64,000 nt of DNA. Origin: Spirogloea muscicola. Its lineage: Eukaryota. Under the pieces are notes generated by a model. It had not been told where the DNA came from. It was given only the letters and a program-made list of their open reading frames with translations, and did not search any database. How positions within the stretch are numbered: position 1 is the first letter of the stretch; each line of letters begins with the position of its first letter. Below are positions 1 to 19,674 of this stretch, piece by piece. The translations under genes were made by a program, and so were the position numbers. The stretch covers positions 1,168,720 through 1,232,719 of the forward strand of contig WELB01000008.1 in assembly GCA_009602725.1 (NCBI GenBank), given 5' to 3'.

Positions 1-197
1 GGCGCCCGGTCGCGCCATTCGCGGCGGCCCAGGCGCCGCCTTCGCCGCCCCGGCTGGCCTGCGGGGCCGCCGCCGCCAGCCCCTGCAGCCAGCTGCCGCC
101 GACCAGCTTGCGTGATTTGGCTGGCGGTGCGCCGCGTGCTCGTCGGGGCTCCCATGTGCCTGACGGCACGGCGCCACTGTCCTCGCCGCCATCTCAG

Positions 198-1639
198 GCG
201 GGCGGAGGCCCCAGCCAGATCGTCTTTGGCGAGGTCGACGAGCCCGAGCCCATCCGCAGGTGGGTGCCCGCCTCGCTGCCGGCGGCACTGAGTGCCGCCG
301 GCCCCGAAAGGCGGCGCATTGCTGCGAGCCCAGGCGGGGCCGCAGTCTGGCGCAAGAGCTGTGGCAGCACTGGCCACCGAGCGTGGCGGTGGTCCCGCTT
401 CGCCGCTCCATGGCCAAATGTCCGGCCTTTGCGTCCGGTGCGGCGATGACCGGAGGCTGCCCGGTGAGCTGACCCCTGGCGCTGACGCCGGGGCCTGGCC
501 GAGCGGGCCCGCAGGAAGAACCCGTCCGCGTCGAAGCTGCGGGAGATGTCGGGGAGCAACATCTTCGCTGCGGAGCCCGAGAAGGTGTCCTCGAATGCGT
601 ACGCCAGCAACGCGGAGCAGAACACCGGCAATGTCATCACGGACCGGCCCAGCGTCCGCTTGCACCAGGTATAAGAGTTGGCTTAGCCATGGCGAGCTCA
701 GCGCGCCACCTGCGCTTGGCCCGGCAGGATCCGCAGTCGCCTGGCACTGAGGGCCTGCTCTTGTGGTGACTCGCGAGTTGCAGCCTGCTGGTGGCATCAG
801 TCAGATCAGCTTCGGTGAGGAGCAGGTGACGCCGACCAAGCCGCTGTCAGAGGCCAAGCGGCAGGAGCTGGTGGGCAGCAGCGAGACGCAGGATGATGTG
901 CCCTCACGCAAGCAGATGCTGTCTGCCAAGCTCAAGGAGATGGAGGGCAGCCTGGCCAAGGTCGGAGGTGAGGGCGACAATCAGAGCATCAGTGGCGACC
1001 GCCGATTTATCCGGATTTCCCAGGTCAGCTGCTGATTGCGGGAACAGCAAGCAGCCTTGAAAGTTAAAGACCAGTTTTTGCCAAAGAGCTCCTGCGACTT
1101 CTTATGGATGTTAGCTGTACTTGAAGTTGAGGTCATGCATTGGCTGCCACAGCCTGGCCTGCCAAATCTAAGGATTTGGAGGAGATGCTGGCACCATTGT
1201 GGCATTGCTGAGACTTATAGATGTGGTGCTTTGCTTCGTAGCTTGCATTGTCACTAGGTGAGACAGTTTGAAGAGTTTGTCTAAATGCTACATATGATCA
1301 ACATTGGTTGCCTCGGCTGCATAACTGCACTACAACATGCTCTTGAGCTGGAAATTGCTGAATCCCCCCCATGTCCAGCCTGCGGGGAGGAAGAGCCAGA
1401 TCGTGTTTGGAGAGGTGGAGGCGGAGCCGTCACCGCGCAAGATGAATGACCGCAAGGTGGCTGACCTCCTCGGTCGGGGCCTCTATGCGGACGAGGCGCC
1501 GGCCCTGCCGCTCAGTGATGCCAAGCGCCGGGAGCTTGTTGGGAGCAACATCTTTGCCGAGGATAAGCCAGCGGTACGCGAGTCGGTTGGGGGCCTGCGG
1601 AAGCCGCCTGGCGGTGAAAGCAGCCTGACTCTCATGTGA
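198..1639 (+). CDS. DUF4057-type plant protein, 5'-partial, spliced (exons ~198-259, 515-668, 784-1023, 1379-1639)
   Basis: GT-AG joined exons repeat the motifs GGPSQIVFGE / PAGGISQISFGEE / PAGRKSQIVFGE and KLREMSGSNIF / KRRELVGSNIF, ending KPPGGESSLTLM*. The start lies upstream of the window. Confidence 0.75.
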
Positions 1640-2755
1640 GACTTTCACTATGCAAGCGCTGGGCTGGCCGTGGAGGCAGGCATGCTGAGGCTGGCAGGTG
1701 CTTGCGCTGCTCCAGCGAGCCAATGCTGAGCCCTAGGCTTCCGCGTGACGCGATAACTCTGGTGGTTGACTCACTGCTAAGACAAGCACGTAGCTGCCTG
1801 CCTACCAGTGCAACCACTGTGGTGGAGCTGTTGACCAGTTTTGATTATTCCACTTAGACTTAGGAAATTGTGCAGCTTGACGACAAAAAGCAAATAGTCA
1901 GCGTAGTGGATACCATGTTGCAGAATGCTGCTCGCTGTGTGAGCTGGACTGTATTGTGCACAGCCCTCCTGGACATAGCCGCAATTTGCACAAGCACCAG
2001 TGCCGACCAATGTCAGAAAAGGATGACATGTAGCCATGATTGAGCATGACCTGCTATGATGGAAACTGCACTGCGGTCATGTCTCAAGACAGAGACAATC
2101 CATCGGTTGAGCATCTCCTCACTTGCTACTGATCTGTGTCTTCTGCTGCTCAGAGAGTCCAGGTTCAAGCTAGGTCCAAAATGATAATGTGATGATGCTG
2201 TTGTCCCATAAAAGCAAAAAGGATAACATCAACCAACAGCTGCCCAAAATGCATTGCCCAAAGAGCTGGGAATAGGAGATATGGCATCTACAAGGGAACG
2301 GAAAAAGTACGCGTGCCTCTACCAGGTCGCGCACAGCAGGGCACCAGATGACAATAAGCTGCAGCAGAGAAACACATCTCCTCCCTTTGAGGGAGACAAA
2401 TACATGCACCTCCTTCCTTGGCCAGGTTTCCAAGGAGTCTGAGGCATAAATCTAGTTTATCAGTATGCGTACAAAAGGGTGCACTCAACCCATCAAGAAG
2501 CGTGGGTCTTGAACGACTCTCCACAACCGCATTCTCCCTTGGAGTTTGGGTTTATGAATATGAATTCTGACCTGCACAAACAGACTCGAGGACCTAAAGT
2601 GAGCTGCAATCATGTTATTCGTGATCATCTTTGGATGTGCCCATCTTGATCAAGCCTGGCCCTGAACAGTGTGATTCTCGCTCCCTTCAGTGCCTCAAGC
2701 TGCCTTCTTAAAGGCTGCTCTTTAAGTGCAACCCCGGGGGGTATTGGAGGGGGGG

Positions 2756-3602
2756 NNNNNNNNNNNNNNNNNNNNNNNNNNNNNNNNNNNNNNNNNNNNN
2801 NNNNNNNNNNNNNNNNNNNNNNNNNNNNNNNNNNNNNNNNNNNNNNNNNNNNNNNNNNNNNNNNNNNNNNNNNNNNNNNNNNNNNNNNNNNNNNNNNNNN
2901 NNNNNNNNNNNNNNNNNNNNNNNNNNNNNNNNNNNNNNNNNNNNNNNNNNNNNNNNNNNNNNNNNNNNNNNNNNNNNNNNNNNNNNNNNNNNNNNNNNNN
3001 NNNNNNNNNNNNNNNNNNNNNNNNNNNNNNNNNNNNNNNNNNNNNNNNNNNNNNNNNNNNNNNNNNNNNNNNNNNNNNNNNNNNNNNNNNNNNNNNNNNN
3101 NNNNNNNNNNNNNNNNNNNNNNNNNNNNNNNNNNNNNNNNNNNNNNNNNNNNNNNNNNNNNNNNNNNNNNNNNNNNNNNNNNNNNNNNNNNNNNNNNNNN
3201 NNNNNNNNNNNNNNNNNNNNNNNNNNNNNNNNNNNNNNNNNNNNNNNNNNNNNNNNNNNNNNNNNNNNNNNNNNNNNNNNNNNNNNNNNNNNNNNNNNNN
3301 NNNNNNNNNNNNNNNNNNNNNNNNNNNNNNNNNNNNNNNNNNNNNNNNNNNNNNNNNNNNNNNNNNNNNNNNNNNNNNNNNNNNNNNNNNNNNNNNNNNN
3401 NNNNNNNNNNNNNNNNNNNNNNNNNNNNNNNNNNNNNNNNNNNNNNNNNNNNNNNNNNNNNNNNNNNNNNNNNNNNNNNNNNNNNNNNNNNNNNNNNNNN
3501 NNNNNNNNNNNNNNNNNNNNNNNNNNNNNNNNNNNNNNNNNNNNNNNNNNNNNNNNNNNNNNNNNNNNNNNNNNNNNNNNNNNNNNNNNNNNNNNNNNNN
3601 NN
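2756..3602. other. Assembly gap (N run), probably hiding the 3' part of PCNA
   Basis: Run of N; the PCNA reading frame runs into it. Confidence 0.98.
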
Positions 3603-4101
<499 letters not shown>

Positions 4102-4111
4102 CTATCGAAGC

Positions 4112-5240
4112 TAGAAGAAGGCTCGCCCATAAAGAAAGAGGGGCTGGCAAAGCCAGCCCAAAAAGAATGGACAATGTCCAAAGCCGAAGAATGAGGAGCC
4201 GAGGAAGGACTCCTCTACTCTACCAATCACGACCTACTAGGGAAGCTCAGTACCCGCGAGTGAGCAACATCAGGTCCGAGTAGCTCGAGGCAGGGAAGGA
4301 GGCACTCCGCCGAGACCCGGAGGCCGAAGCTAGCAGCTCTTCCGAACGACGGCTTAGCGGTGGTGCGCATGTGACGAGAGGGAGGCCAAAAAGCAAGCAA
4401 GCCAGAACCAAAGGAAGGAGCCGCTCCTCCACGGGGGAAGCTGCTGGGAGCGGGGGCCGTGGGCGAGCTGAGACTTTTCTACTCGTGGAATGCCAGCCCA
4501 CAAACGGGTGACCGAGGTCCCAAGAAGAAATTTCGTGTATTTGAAACAATCGAAGGCCAGTAAAGGTTTCTCTGGAAGGAAAAGCGCCTGCCGGGCTAAC
4601 TGCAGTAACCAAGCCGATCCCGGGCCGGTTGTCCACCCGGGTCTGAGCGGGGACACGCGCTTAACCGGGTCAGGGTAACACTTGCGGCCCACGGCTGGGA
4701 GCGAGGACATGTTGGGGCTACGTTGATGCTTGTCCCTTCGTGCCGGCCGAGCCCTCGCTACTGCCTCTGGCTCTGGCCAGGGGACCCCACTTCCAGGAGC
4801 CTAGCATCTCTGATCTGCGGCTGCTTAGCAGGGGTTACTGAGTGATTCGTAGCTGCTTTGTTTCGTCTTGTGCTTGTTTTTCGTAGCGCTTCCCCAGGCC
4901 CCCTTCTCGTACTTGGTTCATTCTTTTTTGGGCTGGCTTTTCCAGCCCCTATCCTCAATGGGCGAGCACTTTCTTCTTTGTTCCTTCTTGTGTGCTTCTT
5001 TCTTAGTGCCTTCCTCGGCATCTCATTCTTCGGCTTTGGACATTGTCCATTCTTTTTGGGCTGGCTTTGCCAGCCCCTCTTTCTCTATGGGCGAGCCTTC
5101 TTTCGCCTTAGTAGAAGGTGCTCGCCCATTGGTGCTTAGTGCTTCGCCTGGCCCCCTTCTTCTTGGGCTTCTTGTACTCTGCTCATTCTTTTTTGGGCTG
5201 GCTGTTCCAGCCCCTATCCTCAATGGGCGAGCTCTTTCTT
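4112..5240. mobile_element. Stack of 5'-truncated RLE-type non-LTR retrotransposon 3' ends between divergent PCNA and MND1
   Basis: Minus-strand ORF end 'LASASGSRRSASFPASSYSDLMLLTRGY*' (stop 4247). Plus-strand 'LRAGRALATASG...SISDLRLLSRGY*' (~4735-4841). Terminal module cattcttttttgggctggcttttccagcccctatcctcaatgggcgagc (and a variant) at ~4919, ~5048 and ~5184 (+) and ~4120 (-). Confidence 0.75.
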
Positions 5241-5612
5241 TCCCTCCCTACCTCTATGCGGGGCCTTCGCCCACGTGTCAGGTACTCGCGAGTTACGGAC
5301 CAGCAGGCTGGGGCGCGGGGGCGTGTCACCGGCCTGCCGTCAGGCGAGGCTGACGGAGAGCGCGGGGGACGTGAGCTCCTCTGCGCGCCGCTGAGACGAG
5401 AGGTTGCTCGCCGCCCGCCAGCTTCCTGGGCGCCTAGCAGCGGCCCGCAGAGGACGGCCATTTACGAACGAGCGCCGCCGCCGCCGCCCCCCGCCTCCTC
5501 CGCCGCGGCGGCGCTCGCCCTGCGGCGCCTGCGGCTCCCCCGTCAGCTCGACTGCACGGGCGGCCAGCGCCCGCAGCCGGCACTCGCCTGGCGACCTGCG
5601 GCGGGTGGCAGC

Positions 5613-7532
5613 ATGGTGCGCGCAGCCTGTAGTACGACCTCGCATTTCTAACTCTGCCTCTGATGGCTGGCCGCTCCTGCGCACCGCTGAGGTGCTGACG
5701 AGCCGCCCCAAGCCTTGCAGAGCAAGAAGAGGGGCCTGTCTCTTGAGGAGAAACGGGACAAGCTCTTGGAGATATTCTACGAGACCAAAGACTTCTTCTT
5801 GGTATGCGACGCATGTTATGGGTCCAACGGACTTCTGTGCTGCCGCCCCGTTCCGGGTTGGTAGTGCATCTAGCATGGTCATTCCATCAGTTATTGGTAG
5901 CATGTCAGCAGGAAGTTCTGGAGGAACTTACGAGGAGCATCAGAGGTGCTCCGACTCGGTTCAGTCAAGGTACCTGAAACTTTGTTTCGTAAAGCTTTGC
6001 AGCTTAAGGAGCTTGAGAGATTGGGGCCAAAGAAGGGTGTGATCAGCCAGGCTGTCAAGGATGTACTGCAAGCGCTGGTTGATGATGACCTTGTGATGAA
6101 AGACAAAATAGGCACATCTGTAAGTCAGCCTATAGCTCCCCCTGTTCCTCCTCCTTATCATCCTACAGTTGACAAAAGCCAACAAGCATCTCATCCGGCG
6201 AGAGATGAGCATTAGCGGGTTTGTACTTGGCTCTTGCAGGTCTACTTTTGGAGCCTTCCAAGCCTTGCGAGTAAACAGGTAAAGTGCGTACGCATGTAAG
6301 ACATGGTGGCCTCGCATTTGTGATCCCTTGGCAGAAGATGAGCAGAGTGCTCAAGCACCGCATCAATTGCTTTGATGGTTGAGGTGCAACTTGAAAGCAG
6401 ACTGAATCCATTGCATCCTCCACCTTCAGCTCCAACAAAGTGTCAGCAAGCACGAAGGGGAACTAGCTGCAACAAAGAACAAGAAAGCAGAGTTAGAGGA
6501 ACAGCTGGAAAACATGAAGAGTGGACGAGAAGAATCAGTGAGCACCACACCACCATTGCCATTCACAGAGCTCTGCTCCTGCATGACTTAACCACCGCAA
6601 CATCTTTGGCATGCATGACTTGAATTTCTTGCTCCTCTATTGCTGTCAGGCAGATCGAAAAGCAGCCCTGGCTAGATTGTCCAGGCTGCTGGATGAAGAA
6701 AAATCCCTCAAGGTGAGCATTTCGTAGAAGCCATCCAAATTACATATTTTGATGGCAGCGCCGAGCAGTCTAATTATCTGTGGTAGCCGCAGGTTCCCCT
6801 ACGGCTACCTTGTTTCGATTTCACCTCAGTCACTAACCCCACCGCAGAAATATGTGTATAATCAAGTTTGTATTACTGTACGCAGTGGCCTCCCTCATCA
6901 CAGCTACCTTGCTGTTGACTCGTGTCAGGCTGAAATCTTCAAGTATGCAGAGCATGATCCAGAAGTCTTTGCACGAAAGCGTGAGTACACGCACAGATCT
7001 GTCATGGACATCTGCTTTGCAGATTCGCTCAGCACTGCAAAGACTTAGATAGCGCAGATACTCAGCAGCTCAGCAACATATTCTTACCAGATAATTGATA
7101 TTGCACATTCTGAGATTGCAGCAGAGCTGTGCAGGAGATGCAATCAAAGTGGCGCATGATGCTACAAACCGCTGGACAGGTACTGTGTTGCCATTGCTGG
7201 TGTCTCTGACGACGTCAGCCTGACTGCATGATGACACCTAGCATGTGCCCCGCTACAGACAACCGTGACTTATGTGTTGGCTTGTGTGTCATTCTATATA
7301 AAACTGCAGACAACATCTTTGCCATGCAACACTGGTGCAACACCAACTATCCTGATTCCAGGGAGAAGCTAGCATCTGCATACGAAGAGGTGAGCAGCAG
7401 ACTAGGCGTGGTGACCGGTATCGTGGCTACCATTCTGAGTGAACGATGCAAGACCAATAAGGACGTACAATTCATAATTTCGCTTGTATACTGCAGATTG
7501 GCATTGTCGAGGACCTAGACTACGTGTCCTGA
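5613..7532 (+). CDS. MND1: Meiotic nuclear division protein 1, spliced; first coding exon is the ATG alone
   Basis: [75 protein letters not shown]...[19 protein letters not shown]...[11 protein letters not shown]. Confidence 0.95.
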
Positions 7533-7689
7533 TGCTAAGATGAATGTTGGAATGAGCAAGGGCCGTTGCCTCCTCGCCTGTGCTAATCTGGACGAATCTA
7601 CCACCTGCCTAATCTTTAGCAAATGAAGGCAGTTGCTTCAAAGGTGCCTGCTCTCAACCCCTAGTCAAAGAGAGGAAGAGGCATGGGTG

Positions 7690-7975
7690 AAGCGAAGTGA
7701 AAGAAAGTGGTAATCCCAAAGTGGGCAAGGCCTGTGAGAGAAAGGCGCGCGGTGCGCATGAAAATGGAAGGGAGGCCAATGCAGAAGTCCTGGTAACGGG
7801 GCAAAGAGCTGGCTAATGGGGACACTAGTATCCTCGAGTGAGCACATGCTGTGAACAGCCAGCCCGAAAAGAACAAAAGAAAGTGGCTCTCCTCGAAACA
7901 AAATGAAAGCGGCTGCTGATATGAACGAATCGGCTGTGAAATGCCAGCCAGATGCATACGAAACAAAACAGAAAA
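7690..7975 (-). mobile_element. Stack of RLE retrotransposon 3'-end fragments upstream of nicastrin
   Basis: 'HVLTRGY*' ORF end at ~7825. Module gagaaaggcgcgcggtgcgcatgaaaatggaagggaggccaat at ~7737. Module aaagcggctgctgatatgaa..aatcggctgtgaaatgccagccagatgcatac at ~7906. Both modules recur elsewhere in the window. Confidence 0.7.
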
Positions 7976-8113
7976 ATTCTTATGCGCCTGCCGCCGTCCC
8001 TATCCCTTGGTGCGCCAGCCGCCGCAGCTACACGAGAGGCCGTGGCACCTGGTGCGGCGCCTGTGAGGCCCTCGCCGTCCGCCCGCGGCCGGATGGCGGC
8101 GCCGCGGCCGACC

Positions 8114-11100
8114 ATGGGAACCCTCGGCCTGTGGGCGGCCGTCGCCGTCGTCGTGGCAGTGGTCGCTGGCGCAGGCGGTGGTTAGCAGCACGGCCCTGCT
8201 CTGCTAAATTTCAGCGCTGCTGGCTCCTCACGAGAATGTAATCGTTTGTAGCTCGGCCGGCTCCTGTTATTGAATTTCTTGGCTCACCTGACCATCTTGT
8301 GTTTGCTGGTACCTTGAGGACGCAGTCAGATGCCAGGAGCAGCTGCAATCAGTCCCTGACTTGACTGCGGCCATGTACCTCGGCGTGGAAGGCAGCCCCT
8401 GTGTCCGCTTGTTGACCTTGCAAGGAGAGCTCGGATGCGCAAGTACGCTTGCCAATCATGGCTACCTAAGCATACAAGCTACAGCTGAGAGTCCTGACAG
8501 ATCAACAGACAGTGCTTGCACATGGCCCTTGGCTACTGTATGAGGTCATGCACCACTACACATTCTGTGTGTAGCCTGGAGGTTGCAGCTGATACACACG
8601 TAATGATTAGCTATAGTAATAAGTGCCTCACAACCTGATACAAGAAGCACCTCTATAAGGTCTGGTAAGAGAAGCACAGCACGACAGCACTGCCAGATAC
8701 AAACTGTTGCCCTACTGGTCGCAGCTAAATGTGGAGCAAGAAGGGTTGTTTGTCAAGGCTCAGGTCTAAGAGACTAAATTACCGCACCAAAGCCAATGCA
8801 ATACAGTGTGCAATCAATTGCCATTGCAGATCCTTCAAGATACACGGTCAGTGCTCCCATCAAGCATCTCAAGAGGCCAAATGAGACTGTCGTGGATCGA
8901 TACGCGATTTTGATCTCTGGATCGGACTTTGGGGCCTTCTTGCAAAGGTAAGCAGGCAGAGGAGCAACTCCAACCAGGGTCTGTGCCAATAAGCTTCCTG
9001 ACTAGTCTGATAGGATCGCACCCCAAGAACTTCTATGATGTGAGCCTTGCTATCCTAGTATAGCAGATTGCAACAAGTCAACCAAGACGACAAGAACACT
9101 TTGAGATCAACAGAGGGTGATAGTCCTTTGACGTCTAAGTTGCAGGACATTGTTGGATTCATCTCTGGAGAAAATTGTAGCAGGTGTACTGGTTATGTAC
9201 GATGGGGAAGGTACAAGACGGACGCACGCTCTGCCAGGTGGGCGTGGGCTTCTTGCCTTTGCTGCCCAGGAAGTTGTTCACCTCCGCAGCTAGAGCTCTG
9301 CCTGGAAGGCTGGGTTGTCTCTCTACCAATGTCAAATAGACCAATCCCTGAAGAACCTCCTAGATGATGCAAGGGCCCTCATATACTCTTACCTATCTAC
9401 CTATCTAAATTGATCTTAATGGTCCGAGCTTTCTAGCAGAAAGCATATCATTGGTAATTTGCCTCGTGTGAGGCGTTGCAACTTCCATGCTTGCTCACGC
9501 TATGTTTTTTGATAGGTTTCTCTCCTGGTGATACATTTCCACTTGCTCGATTTGCCCCATACAAGGACAAGGCTTACCCTTGGAATCCTTCTGTAAGTAC
9601 AAAGTTGAGCAGGTGCACCCTGAATTTGACTGTGCAATGGTTTATATGCGATAAACAACGAGGTGCAGTCCTCTGTGCCTGCTGATAGCTAAAGCAAGAG
9701 GAGACTTGTCGTATATGCTTCAGGGCTTGGGCCTGGTCTCCAAGCGCTTTTCATTTCCTGTCCATCTTCTAGATGCAAACTCCACGGAGACTATTGTTAA
9801 GGTAAGCCCTGTGCTTATCTCTGTGTCGTCATGGATAAGTCCTCCTTAAATCAGTCCAAGCACTATCTCGTGCACACATGTCTGTAAGCACGTTCAGAGC
9901 ATGCCTTCAGCAATTATCATGATTATTGCATCTGGGTGTTCAGTTTGCAGCTATGAATGAGAGGCACTCCTTCCAGCGACCTTTGTATGTTGCTGAAATG
10001 AGCTTCATCATGCAGGTGAAGTTGCTATCACTTGCTTTCTGTAGCTTAGTCATGCCTCTACAGACAAACATAGACAGCAGAAGGATGTTTTGAAGCAAAT
10101 GCCGATGCTCTGACGAGGACAGTGGTTGTTTTGGGCAGACAACAAAGTCTGAAACAAACAACACCGCCGCCTGCCTTGCATCACTCACCTGCCTTCCACT
10201 TGGTGGATACAGGTTCGTTTCTCCTTTAATGTACGGGCAAATGTGTCGTCACTGGCCATCAGATTGATTTGTAGTGCATAGAGCTCTAGTGTCCAGCAAT
10301 GCAGTAAAGCTGGGCATCTTTGATGCGCACACATATCACCTTTGTACCATGCAGTGTCTTCTCTGCACTACCATCATCCCCTGCAGAGAGGGTTGACTCC
10401 CAGAAGGAAGTCATCATTGCCATGGCCTCTGTTGATGCTGCGTCCTTTTTCCGTGATGTAGCTCCAGGAGCTGATTCTCCTCTGTCTGTAAGTTGCTGTA
10501 TCTCGCCTCACTACACTTTCAGCAGATCTGCATATATGTATTTCAGTTGTGAAACTCAAGTTTGTCTATAATAGCTTCTGCATACTCCCATATGCCAAGT
10601 ACAGAGTGATGCTTGTGCGTGCAACATGGTACGGTGCAACAGGAAGTGTTCTTTAGTAACTCCTGCTGATTACAGCAAGAGTATAGATGTGGGTGTGGTC
10701 ACCTTTCGCTTTAGTTGAATCTGAGTAGCTGATTAGCTGCTGTTTGATGCCAAGTGATGGCAGGGCTTCGTTGCGCTGCTGGCAGCTGTGGATGCCCTTA
10801 CGAGTCAAGGGGAGCTTCACAAGCTTAGTAAGCAGGTATTGCAAGCATCACTGGATCAGCCAATAAACGTCACCCTACCTCTTGCTTATCAAACTTCCAC
10901 TTGACTTCCACGACAGGGCCAAATTCTCCTCGAAACCGATTCTAACTATCACCTTGCTTTCGTTCTGCTGGACAGCTTGGCGTTTTGGTTCTCCTTGGAG
11001 AATCGTGGGGATACCTGGGCAGCCGTCAGTTCCTTGCTCAGCTGACGGGTGGCAACAAGACTTTGGTGGATTTTGAGCTGTCAAATGTCAAACAGGTCTC

Positions 11101-12975
11101 GTCAGGACAGAACATGCGATGAGCAGTCTTCCCTGGCTGACTTACAAATCCTTGTGATTGTGATCCCATGATCCAGTGGTTCATTCAAATCAGTGGTTCA
11201 AATCTAGTCGATCACGTTGATGCAGAGGGGTTTTCAATACAAGAGTAGACTACTAGGTAGTGATTTGTCCAAGCAACTGATGCGCTACTCTGTCCTGCCC
11301 AACAGGTGCTTGAGATTGGATCAGTAGGTCGTGCTATTACTGAAGGGAATTTGACTTTGTACACTCACAGTCAATCAGGGCAGGTAACAGCTCCAACTTA
11401 TGGTGCCACAAGCTTTATATTCGATCGGTTGCTGGTTGATGCAAGGGTCATCTCACTGAAAATGTGTGCTACTTTTTCTCATTGCCTTTGATGGTCTGAT
11501 AAAATTAGTCATGGCTCCTCTTGCAAGTGTCCTCTATTTTCGAAATGACAACCTCTATTGCTTCTGCTGTTTCTCACTACAGGATAAGAAATTGACAGAT
11601 GAGATACACAGCGCTCTGGTAGCTGCAGCAGAGAAAGTGGCCAACACGAGGGTCCTTCCAGCGAGCTTGAGCAATCCGGGCATCCCGCCCTCATCTCTCA
11701 TGGCATTTCTTGGCCACAGACCTTCACTAGCTGGTGTGGTTCTCGAAGAATTTGACCAGACCTTCAAGAATCCTTTCTACCACAGCCGCTTTGATGATGA
11801 AGGTACAGAAGCGTCTTCAGACCACCTTGACTTAGGCTTCCAAAGTGATACTTCTACAAATGGCTGTCGCTTGTTGGAATAGCTTCTGGGAAATGGCCAT
11901 GAGGAGGTCAAGTGCTGAGCATGGTTAAAGCAGAAGTTGCATCTGTGCAGGCATTCTTGTTTTGAAATGTTTAAGGAACTGAGAAAGTTTGCGCTGTGAT
12001 TGCCGTTTGCAGGCAATGTTAATGCAACTGCAATCACAAAGGCAGCAACCATTGTAGCTCGCAGTCTACATCTATTAGCAGGCGGCACAAGAGATGCAGC
12101 AGCCAACATTCAGTGCAACAGCACACTGGTTGAGGAACTGCTGCAATGCTTCCTTACTTCAGATCCTGGTCTCCTTTGTCCACTGGTTGCCAATTACATA
12201 ACCCCCAGCAGTACACGGGCTTCTCAGTACTCTGGCGTGTTTCTTGGAGCACCTTCCCAGGACCCTGATCCGGCATACATCCACGACACCATCAGATTTG
12301 CTTACAATTTCCTGGCCAACAAGACAAGTGCTGCTGCCCTTGGAATGCATGACGGGCTTGAAAGCCTAGGTGATCACCCAACTTCATGCTCAAGGACATC
12401 CGAGTGCAGGCAGGGAGAAGTGTGCGTTGCAGCCAGGTGGAATGCGAAGGGCGTTTGTGTGCTATCGTCTGCAAGGTGCTCTCTTGAACCACTGGTAACC
12501 ACAGCCGAACAACCTCGTGAACTTCTCAAGCAGAAGAGTCGTTGTGCCCTGTTGTGACACTCAGTGCCAGTGCTCAATATGCACCATATTTGATTGCATG
12601 CCCAGCAGCATCTGACATTCTGCATGGACATTGCAGAAATTTGCAACCAGACTGGATTCGCCTCAGATGAAATGTCTGCTGTCATACCACTCATTTGTAT
12701 CTGATGCACCACGCAGATATATCCCTGCGCACTCACCTCGAGTGAAGCACGATGGCAGTGGCTGGCAGCTGGTCGAAAGTGGAACTACCATGGACGCTGT
12801 AGATCCAGTTTTTACAGAGAGCTTCTGGAACACGCTGACTGTGAGGGCCTACTTGCAGGACGAAAGGTCACAAGACGATTGGATACTGCAGGTTGGGGTT
12901 GTGGTGGCTATGCTCTCAGTGCTCATTGTTGCCAGCGCCAGGACTATTTATGGCAAGCGCTTGAAAAGTGCATAA
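8114..12975 (+). CDS. NCSTN: Nicastrin (gamma-secretase subunit), multi-exon
   Basis: Signal peptide MGTLGLWAAVAVVVAVVAG; PCVRLLTLQGELGC; FSPGDTFPLARFAPY; CLPLGGYS; MASVDAASFFRDVAPGADSPLS; GESWGYLGSRQF; NPGIPPSSLMAFL; GVVLEEFD..FKNPFYHSRFD; VFTESFW; C-terminal TM helix. Confidence 0.93.
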
Positions 12976-13565
12976 TTTTCGCCACTCTGTTGTAAATTGC
13001 TGTTATCCTTCTACGTTTGGTGCTACTGAGTACACAGAGCTGGCCGCTGTCGCTCTCACGTCCGAAAGAGATTATCAACATGTAGAGCTGCTGTAAGGCG
13101 GCATATACACAACACTGTCATAAAGGGTGGTTGCACCGCTACTGTGGCGCAACCACAAGCACATGTCACTCGTAAAGGCTGGGGCCTAGAAGGGAAGTTG
13201 ATCTGTGAAGCGAATTGAAGCCAGAGAATAATCTGCACTCTTTCTCTAGCTTCGCAGCATGTCTGCTTGTCCCACCTACCACCCACCCCTTGTCACCACT
13301 TTATCATAGATACTCACCGCTACACTCCTACCGACTTGTGCACATTCTTGAGGTAGATTTACAAGCAACAGTTGTCTCTGCTATCAAATCAGCATTGAGG
13401 ATGAGCATACATCACACATTGCTCACAGCTCACTTCCCTGCTAACATGCCCTTGGGAGGGAGGATGAACCTTGACAATGTGCAAGCTACCCAGCGCATGT
13501 GACCGACATTTAAATTCTAACTCTCCGAAGCCCGACGCAGTGTTACTAAGAGAGCCGTCAAGTGC

Positions 13566-19595
<6,030 letters not shown>

Positions 19596-19674
19596 GGCGG
19601 CGGGGGCCTCGTCCGGGCCGCGTGGTTCGGGGTTCTGGCCTAGGGTTCCGAGGGGTCGGGGTTTGGGAGGGCGG

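Noticed and set aside
2060..2755. Possible transposon remnant or PCNA 3' exons
   Set aside because: No PCNA C-terminal motifs and no convincing TE motif in any frame. Left unassigned.
4919..5240. CRISPR array
   Set aside because: Eukaryotic context, no cas genes, and the spacers are themselves dispersed repeats continuous with a retroelement ORF end.
7906..7960. Hammerhead ribozyme or spliced-leader reading of the ctgatatga...gaaa module
   Set aside because: No exact CUGANGA core with proper stems. Its orientation relative to genes varies, and it is explained as an element 3' end.
19638..19650. Telo-box upstream of RECQ
   Set aside because: Only a partial match (ctagggtt followed by cc rather than t), which is too weak.
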